From Planctomycetota bacterium (GTDB taxonomy: Bacteria > Planctomycetota > UBA11346): a stretch of DNA of 64,000 bases. The position numbers and the translations under genes are program-made. Below, in pieces: positions 1 through 8,685 of this stretch (within the stretch, counting starts at the first letter, position 1; each line of letters starts with the position of its first letter). The DNA lies in contig JBBRLJ010000006.1 in assembly GCA_038231435.1 (NCBI GenBank), forward strand, positions 32,001 to 96,000, given 5' to 3'. A model generated the notes under the pieces. It searched no databases. It saw only the letters and a list, made by a program, of their open reading frames with translations, and had not been told where the DNA came from.

Positions 1-779
1 AGGTAGTCGGGGTTGAAGCGCAGCGCGGGATTGGTGAGCGCGGTGGAGCCGGCGAAGCTCTCCATCACCATCGGCGTGTCGCCCACCACCGTCGCGGTGA
101 CGATGTCCGGCTTCACGGTGAGCGAGGGCACCTTGACGCCATTCTTGAACTGGCTCATCGGCTGCACGCCGTCGCGCCAGTCGATGGAGCCATCGCCGAC
201 GTCCGAGGTGCCGGACATCAAACCCCTGCTGTCGGTGGCGATCACCGCGCCGTCCCAGCGCCGATTGAAATTGACGCGCTGCGAGACGAAGCCGATGGGC
301 GACGAGTTCGGCGGGCCGTGCTGCACGCGCAGGAAGATCAGCTCCTGGCTGGGCAGGCGGTTGGCCGCGGGCAGGGCGTTGAACCATGGGTCGGTCCACT
401 GCAGCACGTTGGCGGCGGTGCGCTGCCAGGCGGCGAACTGGGTGCCCGCGGGGAAGCCGTTCGTGCTCTGCACCACCACGAACGGATAATAGCGCAGCAG
501 GCGGTCCTTCGCCGGATTCAGCAGGTCGGCGAGATCGGTCGCCTTCGCCGCTGGCGGGCTGGTGCGGATGGTCACCAGCCAGGCGCTGTTGCCGAGATCG
601 TTCACCAGCTCGCGCATCACGCGCCGGCTCTCGAGGGTGAGGTCGTTGGTGGTGGACTCGGTGCTGATGAAGCCGCGCATCGACGACAGCGACTGCAGCA
701 CGGCGAGCATGATGATCGAAAACATGCTCATGGCGATGATGACCTCGAGCACCGAGAGGCCGCGGCGGGGGGCTGACAT
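1..779 (-). CDS. Prepilin-type N-terminal cleavage/methylation protein (3' end outside window)
   Basis: Manual translation from ATG at 779: MSAPRRG|LSVLEVIIAMSMFSIIMLAVLQ, a class III signal (G|hydrophobic, E+5). Starts 2 nt after the stop of the upstream pilin-like gene. Absent from the ORF track because it is truncated. Confidence 0.85.
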   Translation of the reverse strand, partial: MSAPRRGLSVLEVIIAMSMFSIIMLAVLQSLSSMRGFISTESTTNDLTLESRRVMRELVNDLGNSAWLVTIRTSPPAAKATDLADLLNPAKDRLLRYYPFVVVQSTNGFPAGTQFAAWQRTAANVLQWTDPWFNALPAANRLPSQELIFLRVQHGPPNSSPIGFVSQRVNFNRRWDGAVIATDSRGLMSGTSDVGDGSIDWRDGVQPMSQFKNGVKVPSLTVKPDIVTATVVGDTPMVMESFAGSTALTNPALRFNPDY

Positions 780-781
780 GA

Positions 782-2284
782 TCACTTCCTCCTCTCGAAG
801 ACGAGTTCGTGACGACGGGTGCCCGAGCGGGTGCTGGGGGCGGCAAGGTTGGTGACGTCGTCGAGCACCGAGTCCCAGGTGATGACCACGCGGATGCCGA
901 CCGAGCCGACGACATCGACCAGGCCGACGGTGTCGAAGTCGAAGGGCGTTTCGATGCGGCGCAGCGGGCCGGTGGTGTTGGCGGGGTCCGGGACCGCGAG
1001 CAAGTAGGTCTCGGTCGCACCGCTGACAGGCAGCACCCTGGTGGGCAGCCGCTTGGCGAAATCAGTGCGACTGGCGTGGTTGTTCACCGTGCCGTCGAAA
1101 GAGAAGATGTTCATCGCGCCGACTCCGCCGGTCGGGAAGGTATTGTAATATTCCAGGAAGATCTGCAGGTTACGCAGTCCGGGCGGATCGTGGAAAAGAC
1201 CCAGTCCACGCACCGGAGTGGCGGCGGTGTAGTCGGGATCACCCGACCAGGTAGCTCGCGCCTGCGCGTCGACGGCGGCGGTGACGGATTCGAGCGCGCA
1301 GTCGACGACCACGATCTCCTGGTAGGGCAGGCCCTGGTTGATGAACAGCGAGCGTGCGCCGCTGCCGGTGAGCGTGATGGGGGGATTGTACAGACCGGTC
1401 TGGAGCGCCGGCCCAGGAGACGCCACCGCAGTCGGGATGGCGGGCTGCGCGCCGTTCGGCGACCAGTAGACCGGACCCGGAGTGGTCCAGGCCGGATTGG
1501 GATAGACCTCGCGCCGGAACCACGACCACGGCTCCTCGGGCACGCCGAGGCGATGCCAGCTGGCGCCCTGGATGCGTTCGGCCATGAGCTGGGCGACTTC
1601 CTGCACCTTGGCGGTTTCGCGCGCAGCCTGGTGGCTCTTCCCGAGTCCGACGATGGTTCCGAACATGGTCATCAGGCACACCGCCAGGATGACGGTGGCG
1701 ACCAGCACCTCGAGGATGCTGAAGCCCTTGCGGGGGCCGCCACTCTTGGTGGTCGGCGAGCCGAACTTGGATTTGATCTGGACGACCAGGGGCCCTTGCT
1801 GCGATTTGGCGGGCTTGGGCGCCGCGATCGCGCCAACCGAACGACGACGCCAGAAGGCGACTCCCGCGGCGAATGCCGCCACGATCGCCAACGGCATCAG
1901 CAGGCTGCCCGATTCGGACTTCGCCTCATCCGCGCGCGCGGCGGCGAGTGCGGCGGCGGTGGGCGCGGGTTCGCCCGATGGACCCGTCGGCGCGGCGGGG
2001 GGTAGCGGCGGCCGCGAGGCGGTCTCCTGCTGGAGCCACGGCGGCGTGGTCTCCTCGGGCCTGGTCGGGTTCCTGGTCTCCGGAATCGCGGGCTTCGGTT
2101 TCTCGAACTGCTTGTACCAGTCATCGCGCTCCGACTTCGCGGGGATCGGCATGCCGTCGGAGTCGTACTGCGTGGGCGTCGTGGCCGTGGCCGACCAGCC
2201 GTGGTTGGCGACGACCGCGAGGACGGCCGACAGCGCCGAGGTGCGGAAGCGGACGGGGGAACGGAATGAGGCTGCGCGGGGCAT
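782..2284 (-). CDS. Pilin/pseudopilin-like protein with long N-terminal extension (internal prepilin motif)
   Basis: Internal PRKG|FSILEVLVATVILAV motif. N-terminal signal-like segment, Pro-rich region and TM+RRR precede it. Start uncertain (2284 or 1897). Confidence 0.7.
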   Translation of the reverse strand: MPRAASFRSPVRFRTSALSAVLAVVANHGWSATATTPTQYDSDGMPIPAKSERDDWYKQFEKPKPAIPETRNPTRPEETTPPWLQQETASRPPLPPAAPTGPSGEPAPTAAALAAARADEAKSESGSLLMPLAIVAAFAAGVAFWRRRSVGAIAAPKPAKSQQGPLVVQIKSKFGSPTTKSGGPRKGFSILEVLVATVILAVCLMTMFGTIVGLGKSHQAARETAKVQEVAQLMAERIQGASWHRLGVPEEPWSWFRREVYPNPAWTTPGPVYWSPNGAQPAIPTAVASPGPALQTGLYNPPITLTGSGARSLFINQGLPYQEIVVVDCALESVTAAVDAQARATWSGDPDYTAATPVRGLGLFHDPPGLRNLQIFLEYYNTFPTGGVGAMNIFSFDGTVNNHASRTDFAKRLPTRVLPVSGATETYLLAVPDPANTTGPLRRIETPFDFDTVGLVDVVGSVGIRVVITWDSVLDDVTNLAAPSTRSGTRRHELVFERRK

Positions 2285-2507
2285 GCGGATCTCCACAAGA
2301 TGATACCCGGCACGCGGGCCGGCGGCAAAGCCTGAAGGACGACCGCAGCCGGCATCGGTGATCCGTGAGGAGCGCATGATCCGAAGAGAGCACGCGGCGT
2401 ACCGAGACGATTGCTACGACTGGCCGGTTCGTGCGCTCTGTCCGGGGCGGATCTGCCCCTTCCAGGGCGGAACGGGACGTTTCGGCGCCGTCAGGCCGCC
2501 GATTGGG

Positions 2508-4286
2508 TCAGGCCTGGCGGCGGGCGGAACTGGCGAGGCGCATCCGCGTGAGGAACGCCACCGCGAACGCGATCAGGATGGCGGTTCCGGAGCCCAGGCC
2601 GCAGCCCTTGCTGCTCGAGGACGTCGGCAGGGTGCGGACGGGCGCGGTCGGAGTGGTGGTCGCGCCCGTGGTGCCCGACGGAGTGGTCGGGGTGGTCGCG
2701 ATCGGAACGCCCGAATCGGCGATGTTCACCGTGACGGATGGCCCCGTGGTGGATCCTGGCGAGGACACGTTGACGAAATCGAACGACGTCTGCATCGTGA
2801 TCACCACGGTCTCGATGGTTTCGGTCAGCGCGTCGCTGATCGCAACGATCGGAATGTCGATCGTGGTCGCCCCCGCCGGGATGGTGACAGAGCCCGACAG
2901 CGTCGCATTGTCGAGACCGGCTATGGTGTAGTCGACTCCCGGAGTCGCGCTTCCAGCCACCGTGAATGGGACCTGGACGGCCACCGGGAACGATCCGGAC
3001 AAGGTGACGCGGGCGATGCCGTTGGTGCTGCCTTCGATGGCATTGCTGATGAGGTTGATCGAGGCCGTAACGTTGTCATCGCCGATCGTCACCGTGCCGA
3101 CCGTCGGATCCAACGTCGAATAATCCGGAGATTGGACCAGTGAGCAGACGACGGTCTCGCCGCCTTCGGCGGTGGTATCGGTCAACGGGTAGATCTCGTA
3201 CTCGATCTGCCGGTATCCGGCGGGAAGATTGATGGTCAGGCGGTTGTTTCCCGTCAGATCGATGGGAATAGACGTCTGGATCTCTGCGCCGTTGAGCAGA
3301 TCGCCCGCGAGAGGCGGGAAGACCGTGAACGACCTGGTGCTGGTGACCAGGGGAGCGGGTCCGGCCGGAGCCACAGCGGAAACCTGGTAGGTTCCCGTGA
3401 CGCCCGAGAACGTGACCACGTCGCCGTTTTCGATCTGCCCGACGCCATTGCGGCTGTTGCCCACGATGATGGCGGCGGTCGTCGTACCCTTGGCATATCC
3501 GCTGGTTCCCGTGCTGCCGATCGGGGTGCCGCCGGTGACGACCCCGTTGAGCGATCGCCTGCCAGCATCCAGCAGGATGCCGGCGCCGCTGCCTGCCGGG
3601 ATGTCATGCCCATAGACGATCTGGAGCGAGTAATCTACTCCCGGTGTTGCGCTGCCGGTAAACTGCACCTGGAGATTGCGATTGAAGGTGGTCGCGGTGA
3701 AGCTGGCACGAAATACCGCGGCGCTGAACGGATCCAGCGGGGTGCCGGGCGGAGCGACGCCGGGTTCGTAGCACACCGCGATCGGGGTCTCCATGCTCGC
3801 GGTCAATTCGTCATCGAGGATGGTGATGAGCGCGACCGACGGCGTTCCGATCGTGTAGGTGAACGGCGCCGCATCCTTCACCAGGGTCAGGACGACGGAT
3901 TCGGATCCCTCTGGAAGGGCGTCATCGAACGGCTGAACGACCACATCGACATCGTCAGGGCGAAGCGGATCGGCACTCGGGAAGGTCGCCGTGCCCGACA
4001 GGGTCAGGTAATCATTGCCGCCGCCGGCCACGGGGCCGGGAGTCGCTGAGCCGGTGACGACATACAGCACCGTCAACGGACCCGTCGAGCCCGAGCGATG
4101 GATGGTGAAATGTGCGGTACCACCGCCGGCTTCCGACACCGACGCGGTCGAGGCGACTACCGAGACCTGGTCTTGGGATGACGAGGCCGCCGATAGCGAC
4201 GTCGTAGCGGCCAGGGTCAGGGCTACAGCCAGGCCGGCACGCCAGAGGGCGGAGGCGAAGGACCGGGGCGGAGTGCAAGGGATCAT
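2508..4286 (-). CDS. Secreted Calx-beta-like repeat surface protein with C-terminal Cys/TM sorting signal
   Basis: Signal peptide; repeated Calx-beta-like motifs (GSATPGVDY, DALPEGSESVVLTL, TITILDD-type ends); Thr/Pro linker; C-terminal SSSKGCGLG-TM-basic tail. Confidence 0.8.
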   Translation of the reverse strand: MIPCTPPRSFASALWRAGLAVALTLAATTSLSAASSSQDQVSVVASTASVSEAGGGTAHFTIHRSGSTGPLTVLYVVTGSATPGPVAGGGNDYLTLSGTATFPSADPLRPDDVDVVVQPFDDALPEGSESVVLTLVKDAAPFTYTIGTPSVALITILDDELTASMETPIAVCYEPGVAPPGTPLDPFSAAVFRASFTATTFNRNLQVQFTGSATPGVDYSLQIVYGHDIPAGSGAGILLDAGRRSLNGVVTGGTPIGSTGTSGYAKGTTTAAIIVGNSRNGVGQIENGDVVTFSGVTGTYQVSAVAPAGPAPLVTSTRSFTVFPPLAGDLLNGAEIQTSIPIDLTGNNRLTINLPAGYRQIEYEIYPLTDTTAEGGETVVCSLVQSPDYSTLDPTVGTVTIGDDNVTASINLISNAIEGSTNGIARVTLSGSFPVAVQVPFTVAGSATPGVDYTIAGLDNATLSGSVTIPAGATTIDIPIVAISDALTETIETVVITMQTSFDFVNVSSPGSTTGPSVTVNIADSGVPIATTPTTPSGTTGATTTPTAPVRTLPTSSSSKGCGLGSGTAILIAFAVAFLTRMRLASSARRQA

Positions 4287-4324
4287 GGTGTCCTCAGTGG
4301 TAGCCGGGAAATACGCGGAGGGCG

Positions 4325-5050
4325 TCAGAAACGCCAGCCGACTTCGCCGCCGAATCCGAATCCGTCGCGGTCTAGGGTGAGCTTGCTCTTGCCGCCATTG
4401 GAGAGGTCAATGTCGACCTGGCCGGATCCGGCGACGTAGAAGCCGGTGATGCCGGCGATCACGTGGCGCTCGGTGACGAAGGCGCCGGCGCGCACGCCGT
4501 ATTCGTAGAAATATCCGAAGCCGCTGAAACGCTCGAGGTTGCCCGCGGAGTTCAACCCGGCGGTTTCGCCGTACGCGCCGCCGCCGCCCGCGAAGGGAGC
4601 GAGCTCGCCGTAGAATGAGAATTCCTCGGGATCCTGGCTCGACCACCAGCCGACTCCCGCGGAGAAATCGACGCCAGCGGTGCCCGAGCGCAGTTTCTGC
4701 GAGCCCGTCGAGAATACCGTGCCGTTGTCCTGCACGATCTGGGCGGGGGTGCTGTCGTAGCGCGCCACGGGCAGCGACAGGCCGAGGACCAGGCTGCCGC
4801 CGCACGGATGGAGGCAGCCGCCGAATGCGGCGATCTCGCCCTGGACGCCGTGGGACTTGGCGCCCTGCCAATCGAAGCGTGAAGAAGCGCCTCCGGAGGT
4901 CACCTTCTCGGTGATGTCCGGGCTCGGCGAGCTGCTCACGCCGATGCGCAGGTCGAGGAAGTGGGCACGCTCGTCATCGACGGCGAAGCATCCCGAGGAG
5001 ACGGCGAGGAGGAGGGCCGAGGCCGAGAACCGAAGGTACGGGTAAGACAT
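4325..5050 (-). CDS. Putative outer-membrane beta-barrel protein
   Basis: Signal peptide, Gly/aromatic amphipathic strands, terminal GFGGEVGWRF with C-terminal Phe (BAM signal-like). Confidence 0.7.
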   Translation of the reverse strand: MSYPYLRFSASALLLAVSSGCFAVDDERAHFLDLRIGVSSSPSPDITEKVTSGGASSRFDWQGAKSHGVQGEIAAFGGCLHPCGGSLVLGLSLPVARYDSTPAQIVQDNGTVFSTGSQKLRSGTAGVDFSAGVGWWSSQDPEEFSFYGELAPFAGGGGAYGETAGLNSAGNLERFSGFGYFYEYGVRAGAFVTERHVIAGITGFYVAGSGQVDIDLSNGGKSKLTLDRDGFGFGGEVGWRF

Positions 5051-5217
5051 CCACGCTCCGAGGGTAGCGGCCGGTGGGACCGCGCAGTTGACCCGTCGCT
5101 TCCGTCGCCATGAGTGTAATGGCGACGGAGACAGCAGGTTATCTACGTGCATATACAACGCCGGGCCTCAAACCGCAATAAGCAAGCGGTCGCGCCAGAA
5201 GCTTGCACGCCAATCAC

Positions 5218-6513
5218 TTAGGGGTCGGTCATGACCGATCTGATCTCGGCCTCGCAGCACAGTTGGCCATCCACCAGGATCTTCCCCTGGCAGGCGCTCA
5301 TGCGCGAGCGCATGCGCAGGACGTCGACCTCGATGCGCAGGGTGTCGCCTGGGTGCACCGGACGGCGGAACTTCACCCGGTCCATGCTCATCAGGTAGGG
5401 GATCTTGCCTTTGTTCTCTGGCTGGCTCATCAGCAGGATCGCCCCGACCTGGGCGATCGATTCGAGCTGCAGCACGCCGGGCATCACCGGCATGCCCGGG
5501 AAGTGCCCTTGGAAGAACGGCTCGTTCACGGTCACGTTCTTGAGGCCGACGATCATCGAGCCGGGGACGTAGTCGATGATGCGGTCGACGAGCAGGAAGG
5601 GATAGCGGTGCGGCAGCAGCTCGAGCACCTTGCGGATGTCGAACACCAGCTTGGGCTTGGCAGCCGCCTCGATGCGGCGGTTGATCTCCTGGACCAGGAG
5701 CATGTTCTCGCGATGGCCAGTGCGCACCGCGATGACATGGGCGTTGAGCTTGCGGGTGGCGTGGGCGAGGTCGCCGATCAGATCGAGGATCTTGTGGCGC
5801 GCAGCCTCATCGGTGAAGCGCAACTGGTTGTCGATGACGCGGGTGCCGTCGTAGACGCAGGTGTTCTGGTAGTTCGCGCCCTTGCCCAGGCCCATGGCGC
5901 GCAGCGCCTCGACCTCCTTGGCCAGGCAGAAGGTGCGCGCGGGGGCGATCTGCTCGGCGAATGAACGCTCGTTGAGCTCGACCTCGACCACCTGGGCCCC
6001 CTTCAGGGCGCCGCCATGGTCATCCAAGGTATAGGTGATCTTGAGCCCCGCCTTGTAGGGCAGCGCGACGATCGAGTTATGGCCGTCGCTCACCGAGATC
6101 GGCTCGGTCAGGTCGAAGGTCAGGCGCGTTTCGGCCTGCTCGACGATGCCGGCGCCGTGGAGGCAGTCGACGAAGTCCTTGGCCGAGCCGTCGAGTCCGG
6201 GCAATTCCACCGCGTTCAGCTCGATGCGCAGGTTGTCGATGCCCAGGCCCTGGCAGGCGGCCAGGAAGTGCTCGGTGGTGTGGACCTCGACCTCGTGGCC
6301 GTCGACGACCGCGGCGATGGCGGTGCGGCGCATGCGCTGGCACAGCCGGCTGGGATGGGCGACGATGGCCGGCGAGCCGGCGAGATCGGTGCGAACGAAC
6401 GTCATGCCGGTGTTGGCTGCCGCCGGCTTGAACACCACCGTGCACGGTTCGCCCGAATGCAGCCCGATGCCCGAGACGCTCGCTTCCTTCGCGATGGTGC
6501 GTTGGGCGGTCAT
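5218..6513 (-). CDS. lpxC/fabZ: Bifunctional LpxC deacetylase / FabZ dehydratase fusion
   Basis: QRTI..GIGLHSG, TEHFLAA, HKILDLIGDL (LpxC); LPHRYPFLLVD, FFQGHFPGMPVMPGVL (FabZ). Confidence 0.97.
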   Translation of the reverse strand: MTAQRTIAKEASVSGIGLHSGEPCTVVFKPAAANTGMTFVRTDLAGSPAIVAHPSRLCQRMRRTAIAAVVDGHEVEVHTTEHFLAACQGLGIDNLRIELNAVELPGLDGSAKDFVDCLHGAGIVEQAETRLTFDLTEPISVSDGHNSIVALPYKAGLKITYTLDDHGGALKGAQVVEVELNERSFAEQIAPARTFCLAKEVEALRAMGLGKGANYQNTCVYDGTRVIDNQLRFTDEAARHKILDLIGDLAHATRKLNAHVIAVRTGHRENMLLVQEINRRIEAAAKPKLVFDIRKVLELLPHRYPFLLVDRIIDYVPGSMIVGLKNVTVNEPFFQGHFPGMPVMPGVLQLESIAQVGAILLMSQPENKGKIPYLMSMDRVKFRRPVHPGDTLRIEVDVLRMRSRMSACQGKILVDGQLCCEAEIRSVMTDP

Positions 6514-6556
6514 GCGGGCTCTCGCCTGGATGGCGGCGCGCGGCGTGCGGCAGTCC

Positions 6557-7627
6557 TCACGGCTTCTTCCCTAATTCCGCCAGGCGCTTCTCGAGCTCCG
6601 AGACCCGCGCCAGCAGCTCCTTCACTTGCGCCTGGGTACCAGGTAGCCGGCGCAACGCGATCTCGGACGCCTGCGCGGATTTGATCTCCTGCGCCGGGAT
6701 GCCGCGCACCACCATCTTCGGCGGCACGCTCTTCGACACGCCGGACATGGCGGTGACGATCGCCTGGTCACCGATGGTGACGTGGCCGACGATGCCGGCC
6801 TGGCCGGCGATGGTCACGTGGTTGCCGAGGCGCGTCGAGCCGGCGATGCCCACCTGCGAGATGACGATGCAGTGGCTGCCGGTCTCGACGTTGTGGGCGA
6901 TCTGCACCAGGTTGTCGATCTTGGTTCCCTTGCCGATCTTGGTCTTGCCGAAGCGCGCGCGGTCGATCGCGGTGTTGGCGCCGATCTCGACGTCGTCCTC
7001 GACGACCACGGTGCCGACTTGTGGGATCTTGTGGTGCACGCCCTCGACCGAGGCGTAGCCGAAGCCGTCCGAGCCGATGACCGCCCCGCTGTGGACGATC
7101 ACGCGGCTGCCGAGCCGACAGCGCTCGCGGATGCTCACCTGCGGGTAGATCAGGCAGTCGCTGCCCAGCGCGGCCTCGACGCCGATATAGACGTGGGGGT
7201 AGAGGATGGTGTTGTCGCCGATCTCGGCCTGGTCGCCGATGACCACGTAGGCGCCGATCGCGACGTTCTTGCCCAGGCGCACGCGCTCGCCGATCACGGC
7301 CGTGGCATGCACGCCCGGCGGCGGCGGAACCGCCCGCGGCCCGAAGGTGGCGACCACCTTGGCGAAGGCGAAATCCGCGTTCGCGACCACGATCTGCGCG
7401 AGCGAGCCTCCGCGGCTGGCGGCCTCGGGCTGCGCCGCGGTGACCAGCACCGCGGTGGCGCGGGTCTCGGCCACGTACTGCGCGTACTTGGGATTGGCCA
7501 GGAAGCTGATGTCGCCGGGGCTCGCCTCGCTGAGGCTGGAGATGCCGGTGATCACCTGGTCGCCATCGCCGATCACGGTGCCGCCGACGACCCCGGCGAT
7601 GTCGCGCACGGTCACCCGCATGGTCAT
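6557..7627 (-). CDS. lpxD: UDP-3-O-acylglucosamine N-acyltransferase
   Basis: ISFLANPKY, hexapeptide repeats, [19 protein letters not shown]. Confidence 0.97.
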   Translation of the reverse strand: MTMRVTVRDIAGVVGGTVIGDGDQVITGISSLSEASPGDISFLANPKYAQYVAETRATAVLVTAAQPEAASRGGSLAQIVVANADFAFAKVVATFGPRAVPPPPGVHATAVIGERVRLGKNVAIGAYVVIGDQAEIGDNTILYPHVYIGVEAALGSDCLIYPQVSIRERCRLGSRVIVHSGAVIGSDGFGYASVEGVHHKIPQVGTVVVEDDVEIGANTAIDRARFGKTKIGKGTKIDNLVQIAHNVETGSHCIVISQVGIAGSTRLGNHVTIAGQAGIVGHVTIGDQAIVTAMSGVSKSVPPKMVVRGIPAQEIKSAQASEIALRRLPGTQAQVKELLARVSELEKRLAELGKKP

Positions 7628-8352
7628 TTTGGCGGTGCCGGAGCCGGCGCCGGTTCCTTGGTCCCGTTGGAAACCGGATCCTTGGGCGTCGCGTCCTTCG
7701 CTGGCGCATCCTTCGCCGGCGCATCCTTGGATACGGGCTCCTTGGTGCTCTCGGCGATCCAGCGTTCATTCAGGTACTGGATGAACGCGTCGGTGATGTC
7801 GAGCGACGGATCGAAGTAGAGCACCGACTGCGCGAACAACTGCTGGTTGATGTCCATGTTGCTGTTGGCGTTGATCTCAGGATTCGGAGCGAGGTGCACA
7901 AGCTTGATGCCGCGCTCCTGGCAGAACACCTGCAGATTGCCGCGCAGCGTCGCGTACGAATCCTTCACCAGGGCCGCGCGCTGGCGGGCGATGTCCAGGT
8001 TGCCGCGCTCGACCATCATCTTCTCGCGCTGGCGCGTGAGCTCGAAGTCCATCTTCAGGTCGGCGAAGGCCTTGCTGTCCTCCTTCATCACCTGGAGCTT
8101 GGACTCGAGATCCGCGAGGTGCTCCTCCATCTTCTTGATCTCGACCTGGCCCTCGGCGACGACCTGCTTGAGCTTGTCCATGCCCCCGGTGTAGAGCTTG
8201 AACGCCATCAGCGTGTCCTCGAGCCGCAGCACTGCGATGCGCGGCGCCTCGGGCTTGGACTCCACCGCCCGGGCGACCGTCGCGCAGCACAGGCTCAGCG
8301 CCATCGCCAACATGAACGGCATCGGGAACAGGGTCGTGCTCATCGCTCGCAT
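7624..8352 (-). CDS. skp: OmpH/Skp periplasmic chaperone
   Basis: Signal peptide, RIAVL, coiled coil, [14 protein letters not shown]; canonical position between bamA and lpxD; C-terminal KDAPA repeats. Confidence 0.85.
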   Translation of the reverse strand: MRAMSTTLFPMPFMLAMALSLCCATVARAVESKPEAPRIAVLRLEDTLMAFKLYTGGMDKLKQVVAEGQVEIKKMEEHLADLESKLQVMKEDSKAFADLKMDFELTRQREKMMVERGNLDIARQRAALVKDSYATLRGNLQVFCQERGIKLVHLAPNPEINANSNMDINQQLFAQSVLYFDPSLDITDAFIQYLNERWIAESTKEPVSKDAPAKDAPAKDATPKDPVSNGTKEPAPAPAPPK

Positions 8353-8419
8353 GGTCGGTCCTTCGGGGTCGCCGGATGCTAGACCGGGCCCCCGCATGGT
8401 CCAGCGCGGCCCGCCCCCT

Positions 8420-8678
8420 TCTGCAGACAGGGCTGCCAGCCGCCGCAGGCGGCTGAGTCGGCGCGCCCCGCGACGACCAAGCGCGCAGCGCGCAGCGGCC
8501 CGTTCTGTCTCCGCGTGCGCGGGTAACGCCTCGACAGCGCAATGGGGGGCAGCGCCGAAGGCGCGTTGATGGGGGGATCGTCCTCGATCCCCCCATCTGC
8601 AGACAGAGCTGCCAGCCGGCGCAGGCGGCTGAGTCGACGCGCCCCGCGACGACCAAGCGCGCAGCGCGCAGCAGCCCG
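8420..8678. repeat. Two 83-bp direct repeats (8420-8502, 8596-8678) with a perfect 13-bp hairpin (8568-8597) between them
   Basis: The copies differ at 4 of 83 positions. GATGGGGGGATCG-TCCT-CGATCCCCCCATC inverted repeat. Confidence 0.9.
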
Positions 8679-8685
8679 CGAAGTC

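Noticed and set aside
8420..8678. Possible CRISPR array
   Set aside because: Only two 83-bp units with a 93-bp spacer and no cas genes; dimensions do not fit CRISPR.
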